NCBI RefSeq assembly: GCF_965196625.1
Contig: NZ_OZ239769.1
Location: forward strand, 1,050,001-1,082,000
Source of the DNA: Candidatus Saccharimonadota bacterium
GTDB taxonomy: Bacteria > Bacteroidota > Bacteroidia > Cytophagales > Amoebophilaceae
Direction: 5' to 3'
Length of the DNA: 32,000 bases
This document shows positions 18,621-26,697 of this stretch, in pieces. How positions within the stretch are numbered: position 1 is the stretch's first letter; each line of letters begins with the position of its first letter. The notes under the pieces are model-generated. The model was given only the letters and a program-made list of their open reading frames with translations. It was not told the DNA's origin and did no database searches. The position numbers and the translations under genes are program-made.

Positions 18621-19832
18621 TCAGTATAAAACAAAATCTTCTTTACCCTTCCTACGCGTACTAATATGATCAATCATAATAGTAGCCTTAGCAACCTTAG
18701 CAGCTGCATCCGAAGCATACTTTATAGCTTTACTAACCTGCTGATCCGAAATCTTACAATGATTTTCTTCATACTCAGGACTCATACCACGATTATCACG
18801 AACAGCACGATTAGAGTCAGTATCATTTATATAAGTATACTCGGCGCCAGCAAAATCAAGAACAGAATCACAAGTATGAGTATGGGAAATATGGGCCATA
18901 TAAGTTAAACCGGAAGCCTGAGCAGAACCTATAGCAGCCTCAGCAATAAGATCAAGAGCAGCAGCAAGATCTAGAGTATCATACTTGTCCTCATTCGCTT
19001 TCTTAATAACTTCATCAGCATAATCAATAGCCTGTTTAGCCAAGCGAGTAGCTTCGCTAACATAATGCATAGTATTATTCTTAGACTTGTCAATAACACC
19101 CTTAGAACGAATACAATCATAGGTAGTAATATCCGTATTGTCAGCATCTTCATCCTGAACGTCACTAGCAAGTGCATCAATAATACTATTAGGAATATCA
19201 ACACTATCACTATAATTTTGTTCCATTGCCAATTCAATACGTTTAAATTTATTATTATGAATAGCAAGCTTCTCAATATCAACAACATTATAGGCAACCT
19301 CACTAGCGTTACTATCCACCATTTCATTAAAAGTACAAGCAATACGATTATGGGCAATATGAACATGCTTGGCAGCGTTTATAACAAGAGAAGCAACAGA
19401 GTGAACATGATCATTATTCGAGGCAGACATGGTAATGGGATCAAAATTCTTACAAACCACATTAGAAATACTAGCTTTACGAACAGCATTATGACTAGAA
19501 GTATCACAATCAAGATCTAGCTTCAGGGCAATATGAAAATAAAAAGCAGCAAGAGCACTATGACTAGCAGCAAGCGTAACTAATTTTTGAGCATTAAAAA
19601 TATAAGACATCCCATCACCAGTAATAGCAGGTTTAATAGCCTGGTTAGCAGCTTCCTTAGCCTTAACAAGATGTGCAAAAGCACCACTATCAGCATAAAG
19701 ATCAGTACGCAGCTGATAATCTAATAAGCTACAGGGTTGGTTTGGATCAGGACTATCCATATTTTGATTGGATACAGTATTACATGCATCCAATATTAGT
19801 AAGCACAATGTAAAAATTTTCTTATTATTCAT
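18621..19832 (-). CDS. orphan secreted or lipoprotein-like protein with atypical codon usage
   Basis: A 403-aa ORF with an N-terminal signal-like MNNKKIFTLCLLILDAC, where the Cys follows a lipobox-like LDA. T is strongly periodic at codon position 3. I recognise no family. Confidence 0.6.
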   Translation of the reverse strand: MNNKKIFTLCLLILDACNTVSNQNMDSPDPNQPCSLLDYQLRTDLYADSGAFAHLVKAKEAANQAIKPAITGDGMSYIFNAQKLVTLAASHSALAAFYFHIALKLDLDCDTSSHNAVRKASISNVVCKNFDPITMSASNNDHVHSVASLVINAAKHVHIAHNRIACTFNEMVDSNASEVAYNVVDIEKLAIHNNKFKRIELAMEQNYSDSVDIPNSIIDALASDVQDEDADNTDITTYDCIRSKGVIDKSKNNTMHYVSEATRLAKQAIDYADEVIKKANEDKYDTLDLAAALDLIAEAAIGSAQASGLTYMAHISHTHTCDSVLDFAGAEYTYINDTDSNRAVRDNRGMSPEYEENHCKISDQQVSKAIKYASDAAAKVAKATIMIDHISTRRKGKEDFVLY

Positions 19833-20049
19833 AATATCTTTGTACTAGTAAGTGGGGACTCTCTCTCTTTAATTGCGCAAACGCTACTATGGCATACATC
19901 ATGCGCAATATTGAATAATTTTTCATAGCCTATTCATCATTTAAATTGTTGGATAATTAACTATTAAAAGGAAATACTTATAAGTTAAATAGTAAAAAGA
20001 TAGTTCAGATCCAAATTTTAGGCTATTGTAATAAAGCGCTTTATATAAT

Positions 20050-22851
20050 CTAATCCCTTTGGCAAATCCGCACGTATGGGCAATGGCCACATATTTCAAG
20101 ATCCTCTGTTTGCACAAAAGGTATAGCAGGATTAAATATTTCTAAAAGCAGCTCCTTTAGACCCGCTTCAAATGGCGCTGCATAGGGCATCATATTCTCT
20201 ATTCGATGGTATTTTTTACCATTAGCCCCATCAACCTGTTGTATAACAATACCAGGCATATAATCCTCCCCAAAAAGTTCCCGAATAGGAATCAGATAAG
20301 GCATAATCGATTGCGGGTAATCGGCTCCATGTAGCGATTGAAAAAGCCAAGCATAAAAAAAAAGCTGAAAAATGGCTTTATTCTTTTTAACCTTACCAGG
20401 ATCAAATAGATCAACTATGCTCGATGTCTTACAATTGGCCAAACCTGTCTTGTAATCTATAATACGGATAAAATGGTTTTGGATGTCGATGCGATCAATC
20501 ACACCACTTAAGCAGACCCTTCTTGCTCCATCTAAAACCATAGATTGTTTCATGGCTACCTCAACGCCCAAAAGGGTAAATGGCGCATCTGCACCATCTA
20601 ATGCTACCATGCGTACCACCAGTTTTTCCAGTAGTGCATGGAGCAATATAGGACTGCCAACTGGTATGCGAGCAGTAGCTATAGCCTCCTTGATCTGTAA
20701 GTTGATTTTTAATTTTACCGCTATGGAACTGCTTTGATCCATCTGCATACCTACAAAAGGCTTGTACAGCCTTGCCATAACATCATGAAACAATGTACCC
20801 AATTGCAGCGCTTCTGTAGCATCTTTTGGCCAAGCCGTCTGCTTGAGTTGCAACAAATATTTAAAATAAAATTGAAGCGGACATGACAAATAAGAAAGGC
20901 AGGCAGAAGGCGTTAGGCTAGAAGCAGCTACCCTTTCTTTTTCCAAAAATCTATCTAGTAACTGCATCACTGCATCATCTTTCTGAATAGATATAGGCAG
21001 TATTGGCTTTTCTAGCAGCTGCATGGAATGATAAGAAGGAATCACCTTTAACTGACTATCAAAAGTCAATTGTATCAACAAGCGACTCATTTCACCAGAA
21101 GCATCTAAATGACTTTTTTGGGTGCAGTAACAATAGATATTTTCGCTACGCTGGAGCAGTCTATAAAATCCATAAGCCGTTTTAGCTTCTGCTACTTTAT
21201 CTACAAATGGCAGCCCAAATATATGGCATAAGTCATAAGGTAGAAAAGAATCATTATAGGGAATTCTAGGAAAGTGCCCTTCATTCATCCCTATAAAAAA
21301 GAGATGTTCAAAATCCAAGTTATAGGAATCAGCAACCTCTATAATATAGAGCCCTGTTAAAGGATTCGATCTATGAAATAACAGCTTACTTTGCTTTAAA
21401 CCATTCAAGAAAAAAGCAACAGAACAGGTAGCCATTTCTCCCAACAGCCCCTCTATATAAGTCAATAGATAGGCCAACGCTGTTTTATGCAGCGCCAAAA
21501 ATAGAGAATCAGTTGCTGCAAAATGGCTATCTATATAGGTCAAGCACTCCTGAAGATAAGGCAAAAGCGCTTTATGATCTTTATTCCACCATAGGTCAAA
21601 GGAGCCCCATGCAGATAAGGCAGCATGGCCCGCATCCTTGGCCAGCAATTGGCGCATAGCCGTGCGTTCCGATTGCACCGCTCCTTCTGCAAAAGGATAC
21701 CATAACGCAACAATATCAACCATATGGCCAGCCATCTCCTCTTGCCCAGAAGCCGCAACAGCGCTTTCCCAAAGCTGCACCAAGCGCTCTACCAAGGTAT
21801 AAATCACCGTAGCACTGAATGGATATTCCAATCTACCATGCAACGGAATAGACAGCTTGGCAAGCTGGTCTAGTAAAGGAATCAGCAGCTCGCTACCACT
21901 GACTACGATTGCCGTTTGATGGGGCAAAAACCTCGGTTGTCCATCATTTGTTTGTTCTTGTAAAGCAGCTATAACCGCTTGCACCTGAGCTACCCTATTA
22001 GAGCTTTCTATAAGCAAAACTTTTTTATGGGGGTCACTCAAATAGGTAGCCGGCGTAAAGTTTTCTTGAAACCATTGTTTTTTCCTATGCTGACGCAAAT
22101 AGTGGCCCGCTATATTGATTGAATGATCGAAATAATGCCCATCCACATCCCAGAAAAAAGTAGTCGAAGCAACCGCTTTGCATTGCGTAATAAACTGTTC
22201 TTCAGCAGGCGTAAGCAAATTAAATCCAACAAAAAGCAACACTTGACCCATTAGCTCCGGTGAGGGTTCTGCCATGCGATAACATAATCCTTCGTAGCCG
22301 CTCCCCTCCTCAAGTAATTTTGCTCTAAAAGATTGATAAAGCAGCGGTAGTTGCTTCCAAAAAAATAGCACTTCTTTCTGCTGCAATCCTGGTAGCGCAC
22401 TAGCCCTTTTCAAGGCGTCCAATCGACCCTGATCTACAGACATAGTGCTGGTCAGTTGTTTGTGCTGCATCAAGCAACTAAATAGTTCAGCACCATTTAC
22501 CAGATAGCTATCTATACGATTAAAATCCTCTAAAAGCGCACAGCCCCAACTATAAAATTCTTCAAAAGATTCTTTTCTATTTAAAATGCGCTCAGCTACT
22601 CCATGTAACTTGCCGAGTAAAGCCAAAGTAGGCAAACAGGTGATCTGACTATGCGCAAGCATCAACTGATGCAAGGTTAGACAACGCGCTTGCCATTTTT
22701 TGTTATCGCATAATGGCTGGAAATAATCAATAGATAGTTGATTGGGAAATATAACAAGCGGCTCCCCCACTCCATTGAGTCTATGCAAATGGTTGATAAC
22801 TGCTGCTAAAAAAGGTGGATGTTTAATGGTTTTTATTTGATTAGTAAACAT
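20050..22851 (-). CDS. AddB-like PD-(D/E)XK nuclease family protein with Fe-S cluster cysteines
   Basis: The C-terminal nuclease motifs GVIDRID, IIDYKTG and QLFFYAW are present. The Cys pattern is an upstream Cys in LSCPLQFYF plus CGHCPYVRIC (C-x2-C-x5-C), as in AddB-type iron-staple nucleases. There is no Walker A in the N-terminal region. Confidence 0.8.
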   Translation of the reverse strand: MFTNQIKTIKHPPFLAAVINHLHRLNGVGEPLVIFPNQLSIDYFQPLCDNKKWQARCLTLHQLMLAHSQITCLPTLALLGKLHGVAERILNRKESFEEFYSWGCALLEDFNRIDSYLVNGAELFSCLMQHKQLTSTMSVDQGRLDALKRASALPGLQQKEVLFFWKQLPLLYQSFRAKLLEEGSGYEGLCYRMAEPSPELMGQVLLFVGFNLLTPAEEQFITQCKAVASTTFFWDVDGHYFDHSINIAGHYLRQHRKKQWFQENFTPATYLSDPHKKVLLIESSNRVAQVQAVIAALQEQTNDGQPRFLPHQTAIVVSGSELLIPLLDQLAKLSIPLHGRLEYPFSATVIYTLVERLVQLWESAVAASGQEEMAGHMVDIVALWYPFAEGAVQSERTAMRQLLAKDAGHAALSAWGSFDLWWNKDHKALLPYLQECLTYIDSHFAATDSLFLALHKTALAYLLTYIEGLLGEMATCSVAFFLNGLKQSKLLFHRSNPLTGLYIIEVADSYNLDFEHLFFIGMNEGHFPRIPYNDSFLPYDLCHIFGLPFVDKVAEAKTAYGFYRLLQRSENIYCYCTQKSHLDASGEMSRLLIQLTFDSQLKVIPSYHSMQLLEKPILPISIQKDDAVMQLLDRFLEKERVAASSLTPSACLSYLSCPLQFYFKYLLQLKQTAWPKDATEALQLGTLFHDVMARLYKPFVGMQMDQSSSIAVKLKINLQIKEAIATARIPVGSPILLHALLEKLVVRMVALDGADAPFTLLGVEVAMKQSMVLDGARRVCLSGVIDRIDIQNHFIRIIDYKTGLANCKTSSIVDLFDPGKVKKNKAIFQLFFYAWLFQSLHGADYPQSIMPYLIPIRELFGEDYMPGIVIQQVDGANGKKYHRIENMMPYAAPFEAGLKELLLEIFNPAIPFVQTEDLEICGHCPYVRICQRD

Positions 22852-22872
22852 AGATAATATTTTATCTACACC

Positions 22873-23082
22873 TTAGGTTATCTCTTTGGGATTGGTTCTT
22901 TTATGCTTTTCCTCTAACTCTTTTAATACTTCTATTGCCGGTCGGATGATCACTTTTCCTTTATCATCTCCCAAGACAAGAGACCTATTCTCCGCAGCAG
23001 CCGCTTTTACCATTTTATAATTAGCCTTACGGACTCCCTCGAGTAGTCTTTTTATAAATGGGCTTATTTCAGGAGTGTTCAT
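22873..23082 (-). CDS. small (69 aa) protein, possible antitoxin-like partner of the upstream zeta-like gene
   Basis: The ATG lies 7 nt after the stop of the zeta-like ORF, and the gene ends 21 nt before the AddB-like start. The protein is small, charged and helical. No motif identifies it. Confidence 0.4.
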   Translation of the reverse strand: MNTPEISPFIKRLLEGVRKANYKMVKAAAAENRSLVLGDDKGKVIIRPAIEVLKELEEKHKRTNPKEIT

Positions 23083-23089
23083 ATGTTTG

Positions 23090-23392
23090 CTATTTACTCT
23101 GTTTTAGGATACTTTCCCAAGCATGCTTATTTATAATTTGTTCTTTTTTTGCCATTTTTTTATAAGCAATTACCTCAGAATTAGAATCCTGTCCATTAAG
23201 AATGACCCAGTTATCACAAATGGGCAGATATAGGGTTATCAAATTTACTAGATTGAAAGGAGACAATCCAGAAGCTATTTGATCAGCATTGATGAACTCT
23301 TTACAATCCAAAATATCAGGCAAGATCGTAAAACTTGCCGTGGTCTTTCCGGCTCCATTAGGGCCAGATATTATATAAAAATGGTTCATCAT
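23090..23392 (-). CDS. zeta-toxin-like P-loop kinase with an internal deletion (probable non-functional remnant)
   Basis: N-terminal [42 protein letters not shown] matches the Bacteroidetes zeta-toxin/AAA family as I recall it. The sequence then jumps directly to a C-terminal-like [13 protein letters not shown] segment. The ORF is 100 aa whereas family members are about 190 aa. Confidence 0.55.
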   Translation of the reverse strand: MMNHFYIISGPNGAGKTTASFTILPDILDCKEFINADQIASGLSPFNLVNLITLYLPICDNWVILNGQDSNSEVIAYKKMAKKEQIINKHAWESILKQSK

Positions 23393-23650
23393 ACAAGAAT
23401 ACTAAAAGACAAATTAAAAAATGCCTTTAAAAGCAAATAAAATAAAAACATCACTCCGTATTAGCAAACAGCAAGAAATTATATAAGGCGCCAATTGTAT
23501 CCTGCCTTTGTAATATACTGAGTTTCTAACTCATATTATTTTTTAATCTTAAAAAATCAGTAAATTTAAGTAATATTAGATGTCAACCGTATTATGCCCT
23601 TGTGCGTACAAAAGGGTATGGTATAACTTATAAACCCAACCAATTTAGCA

Positions 23651-25021
23651 ATGATGTCAATCGGTTCACATACCCTTACCCCCAAAGAAATTGTAGCAGA
23701 ACTTGACAAATATATTATTGGTCAAGCAGAAGCCAAACGCAATGTGGCCGTTGCATTGCGGAATAGATGGCGCAGAATGCAAGTTTCGGATCAACTTAAG
23801 GAAGACATTATCCCAAACAATATTTTAATGATTGGGCCAACTGGCGTAGGCAAAACAGAAATAGCCAGGCGATTGGCCAAAATTGCAAAAGTTCCTTTTA
23901 CCAAAGTAGAAGCCTCTAAGTTTACAGAGGTAGGTTATGTAGGGCGTGATGTAGAAAGCATGGTCAGAGATTTAGTTGAACGCGCCGTAGCCATGGTAAA
24001 AGCAGAAAAAATGGAAGCACTCCAACACAAAGCGGTCAGCCAAGTAGAAGAAATCATTTTAGACATTTTACTACCTCCTCTTCACCAAAAAGGAGGTCTA
24101 GACAAATGCACTGAACAAAACAGCTCTACTACTACCCGGGAGCGTTTCCGAGAAAAACTAAAAAGTGGCGCGTTGGATCAACAGCAAATAGAAATTAAAG
24201 TAACCAAAGCTACACCTTCCGGCAACATAAATAGCCTAGGCGTAGGGCCTCCTATGGATGAAGGGTTCGTCATGAACTTTCAAGATATGCTCAGCAGCTT
24301 TTTACCCAAACAAACCAAAAAAAGAAAAGTTACCATTGCAGAAGCACGCACATTACTCTTGACAGAAGAGCTCACAAAGCTGGTTGATATGGGTGCGGTT
24401 AAAGAAGAAGCCTTAGCCAGAGCCAGCAATACAGGCATTATTTTTATAGATGAAATTGATAAAATTGCCCATACCAGCCAAACCAATAGCCCAGGTGTAA
24501 GCCGAGAAGGGGTACAACGCGACCTTTTACCCATTGTAGAAGGCAGTACCGTACAAACCAAACATGGCCCCATTGACACAGATCATATTCTTTTTATTGG
24601 AGCAGGTGCCTTTCATATGGCCAAGCCATCTGACCTCATTCCAGAACTACAAGGCCGGTTTCCGATCCGCGTCACATTAGAAAATCTCTCACAAAAAGAT
24701 TTTTATAAGATTCTAGACGAACCGAAAAGTGCATTACCCATTCAGTACCAAGCACTCTTATCGGTAGAAAAAGTTAAACTAGACTTTAGCCCAGAAGCAA
24801 AACAAGAAATTGCAGCCATGGCTTATCTACTTAATGAAGAACTAGAAAATATTGGTGCCAGGCGGTTGCAAACCGTAATGAGCCATCTATTAACCCCTAT
24901 ATTGTTTGATGTGCCAGATACCATTCTCCCCGATACAGCGATTACCATCACCAAAGAAATGGTCCAAAAAGCACTAGCGGACTTAATAAAACAGAAAGAG
25001 CTGAGTGGTTATATTTTATAG
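23651..25021 (+). CDS. hslU: ATP-dependent protease ATPase subunit HslU
   Basis: The segments TPKEIVAELDKYIIGQ, Walker A GPTGVGKTEIARRLA and Walker B GIIFIDEIDKI are present, together with an inserted I-domain and SGYIL at the C-terminus. Confidence 0.95.
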   Translation: MMSIGSHTLTPKEIVAELDKYIIGQAEAKRNVAVALRNRWRRMQVSDQLKEDIIPNNILMIGPTGVGKTEIARRLAKIAKVPFTKVEASKFTEVGYVGRDVESMVRDLVERAVAMVKAEKMEALQHKAVSQVEEIILDILLPPLHQKGGLDKCTEQNSSTTTRERFREKLKSGALDQQQIEIKVTKATPSGNINSLGVGPPMDEGFVMNFQDMLSSFLPKQTKKRKVTIAEARTLLLTEELTKLVDMGAVKEEALARASNTGIIFIDEIDKIAHTSQTNSPGVSREGVQRDLLPIVEGSTVQTKHGPIDTDHILFIGAGAFHMAKPSDLIPELQGRFPIRVTLENLSQKDFYKILDEPKSALPIQYQALLSVEKVKLDFSPEAKQEIAAMAYLLNEELENIGARRLQTVMSHLLTPILFDVPDTILPDTAITITKEMVQKALADLIKQKELSGYIL

Positions 25022-25160
25022 GAGTAGTTGCAATTAAAGTAATTTTACTGATTATCAAATTAAAAATAATATACCCGAATGAATGTTAAAAGCAACGTAA
25101 CTATGAAACCGATCAATATTGTGTAATAAGGCATTTCAATTGGTTTGTTATGGGTGCATA

Positions 25161-25215
25161 GCCTAACCCCCAAGCAAGTCTGCTTAGGCGGCTAAGGCAT
25201 TTTTTCTATTTTTTG
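25161..25215 (+). terminator. weak candidate terminator downstream of hslU
   Basis: Either gcctaa (25161-25166) pairs with ttaggc (25184-25189), or cttag (25183-25187) pairs with ctaag (25192-25196). Both are followed by a T-rich tract, ttttttctatttttt. The stems are short. Confidence 0.25.
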
Positions 25216-25273
25216 CTTATATTTATCCACTACTTTCTAACAAAAAGAATAAAAATAACGATTACAATACCAT

Positions 25274-26584
25274 ATGGCCTTTCTTATTAAGACGACTCAA
25301 TCTTTGGCAGCTTTATTCATTATTGTAGGGATACATGAATTGGGTCATCTGCTTTTTGCTAAACTCTTTAAAATGCGGGTAACCCGCTATATGATTGGAT
25401 TCCCGCCTAAAATATTTAAAGTAAAATGGGGTGAAACCGAATATGGACTAGGATCTATTCCTTTAGGTGGAGCCGTTCAGATTGCAGGCATGGTAGATGA
25501 GTCATTAGATACCGACCATTTACACCATAGCCCCCAACCTTGGGAGTTTCGTTCAAAGCCAGCTTGGCAGCGATTCTTCACTATATTAGGGGGTATTATT
25601 TTTAATCTGATCAGCGGCATCTTTATATGGATTGGTTTAACCTATACAATGGGGTATACTTACTTACCTAAAGATGAAGTAAATAAATATGGCATTATGC
25701 CCAGTCCAATAGCCATCAAAATAGGTTTTAAAACAGGGGATCAAATTATTCAAATCAATGGAAAAGATTTCGAAGACTTTAATGACATCTTATCGCCCAG
25801 CCTATTACTCCGTAGTAAAAGCTACTATACCATTAAAAGAGCCGGGAAGCTGTTAGAATTGCCCATTCCAGAAAAAGCAATAGAAGATTTATCAGACATC
25901 AAAAAAGCTGTTTTTTTAAGGCCCATTTACCCTTGTGTGGTGCACACCGTAGATACCAACAGCAGTGCGGCACAAGCAGGCTTAATGGCTGAGGATCAAA
26001 TCATTGCACTAGCTGGCCAACCCATCCTTGATATAGATGAATTAACCCAAGCGGTTAAAAGTTATTTGGGTAAAAACGTCGAAGTGGTTTATTTGCGCAA
26101 TGGCATACAAATCGCTACTTCTATTCAGATCGACCCAAAAGGATTGGGTATTGAGCTCATTCCCCCCCCATATACATGTAAAAAGCTACACTATTCATTT
26201 ATAGAATCTATTCCTGTTGGCCTAGCCAAAACTTGGGATTTGATACAGACCCAATTTTCAGCCATCTGGAAGCTTATCACAGGCCAACTCAGCTTAAAAA
26301 AATCTTTAAGTGGCCCCATTGGCATTGCGCAAAGCTTTGGAAATGAATTTATTGGATATAGATTCTGGATGCTCGTTGCCACTTTATCCATTGTCATTGG
26401 TTCAGTAAACTTGCTGCCCATTCCAGCATTAGATGGAGGGCATGCCTTATGGATATTATATGAAGCACTATCTGGTAGAAAACCTTCTGATAGATTTTTA
26501 CAAGGCGCCCAAAAACTGGGCATGATCCTTATACTTTTGCTTGCCCTTTACGCATTGGGTAATGACATTCGTAAATTATTATAA
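25274..26584 (+). CDS. rseP: RIP (site-2) zinc metalloprotease RseP
   Basis: HELGH lies in the first TM segment, PDZ-like central regions are present, and NLLPIPALDGGH lies near the C-terminus. Confidence 0.92.
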   Translation: MAFLIKTTQSLAALFIIVGIHELGHLLFAKLFKMRVTRYMIGFPPKIFKVKWGETEYGLGSIPLGGAVQIAGMVDESLDTDHLHHSPQPWEFRSKPAWQRFFTILGGIIFNLISGIFIWIGLTYTMGYTYLPKDEVNKYGIMPSPIAIKIGFKTGDQIIQINGKDFEDFNDILSPSLLLRSKSYYTIKRAGKLLELPIPEKAIEDLSDIKKAVFLRPIYPCVVHTVDTNSSAAQAGLMAEDQIIALAGQPILDIDELTQAVKSYLGKNVEVVYLRNGIQIATSIQIDPKGLGIELIPPPYTCKKLHYSFIESIPVGLAKTWDLIQTQFSAIWKLITGQLSLKKSLSGPIGIAQSFGNEFIGYRFWMLVATLSIVIGSVNLLPIPALDGGHALWILYEALSGRKPSDRFLQGAQKLGMILILLLALYALGNDIRKLL

Positions 26585-26697
26585 GCAGCCTATTATTTTC
26601 ATTTTTTTGGCATATTATTTGCTTGTATCATCATATACGTTATGATCATAAGGTAGATATAAACCATTTATATATGTACTTCAATAAGTCACTAGTA

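Noticed and set aside
18476-18673. A 65-aa ORF spans the rmuC/lipoprotein intergenic region.
   Set aside because: It overlaps the ends of both flanking genes and contains the 11-bp-stem terminator hairpin. It has no recognisable features.
18666-19520. Three long ORFs (18666-18908 +, 18971-19366 -, 19065-19520 +) overlap the 403-aa gene.
   Set aside because: They are explained by the extreme NNT codon bias of the 18621-19832 gene, which removes stop codons from the antisense and shifted frames. Their translations are low-complexity Ile/Leu/Asn-rich strings with no signal of their own.
19872-19909. Inverted repeat attgcgca ... tgcgcaat (8 bp arms, 22-nt spacer) upstream of the lipoprotein-like gene.
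   Set aside because: It could be an operator, but 8-bp arms with free spacing are near chance expectation. I found no matching promoter element (CAAAnnTA on this strand) to anchor it.
26623-26697. N-terminal extension of Lon (MYHHIRYDHKVDINHLYMYFNKSLV) starting at a TTG.
   Set aside because: The extension has no counterpart in Lon N-domains. The ATGs at 26674 and 26698 lie closer to the conserved [12 protein letters not shown] segment. This is a start-site ambiguity rather than a novel domain.
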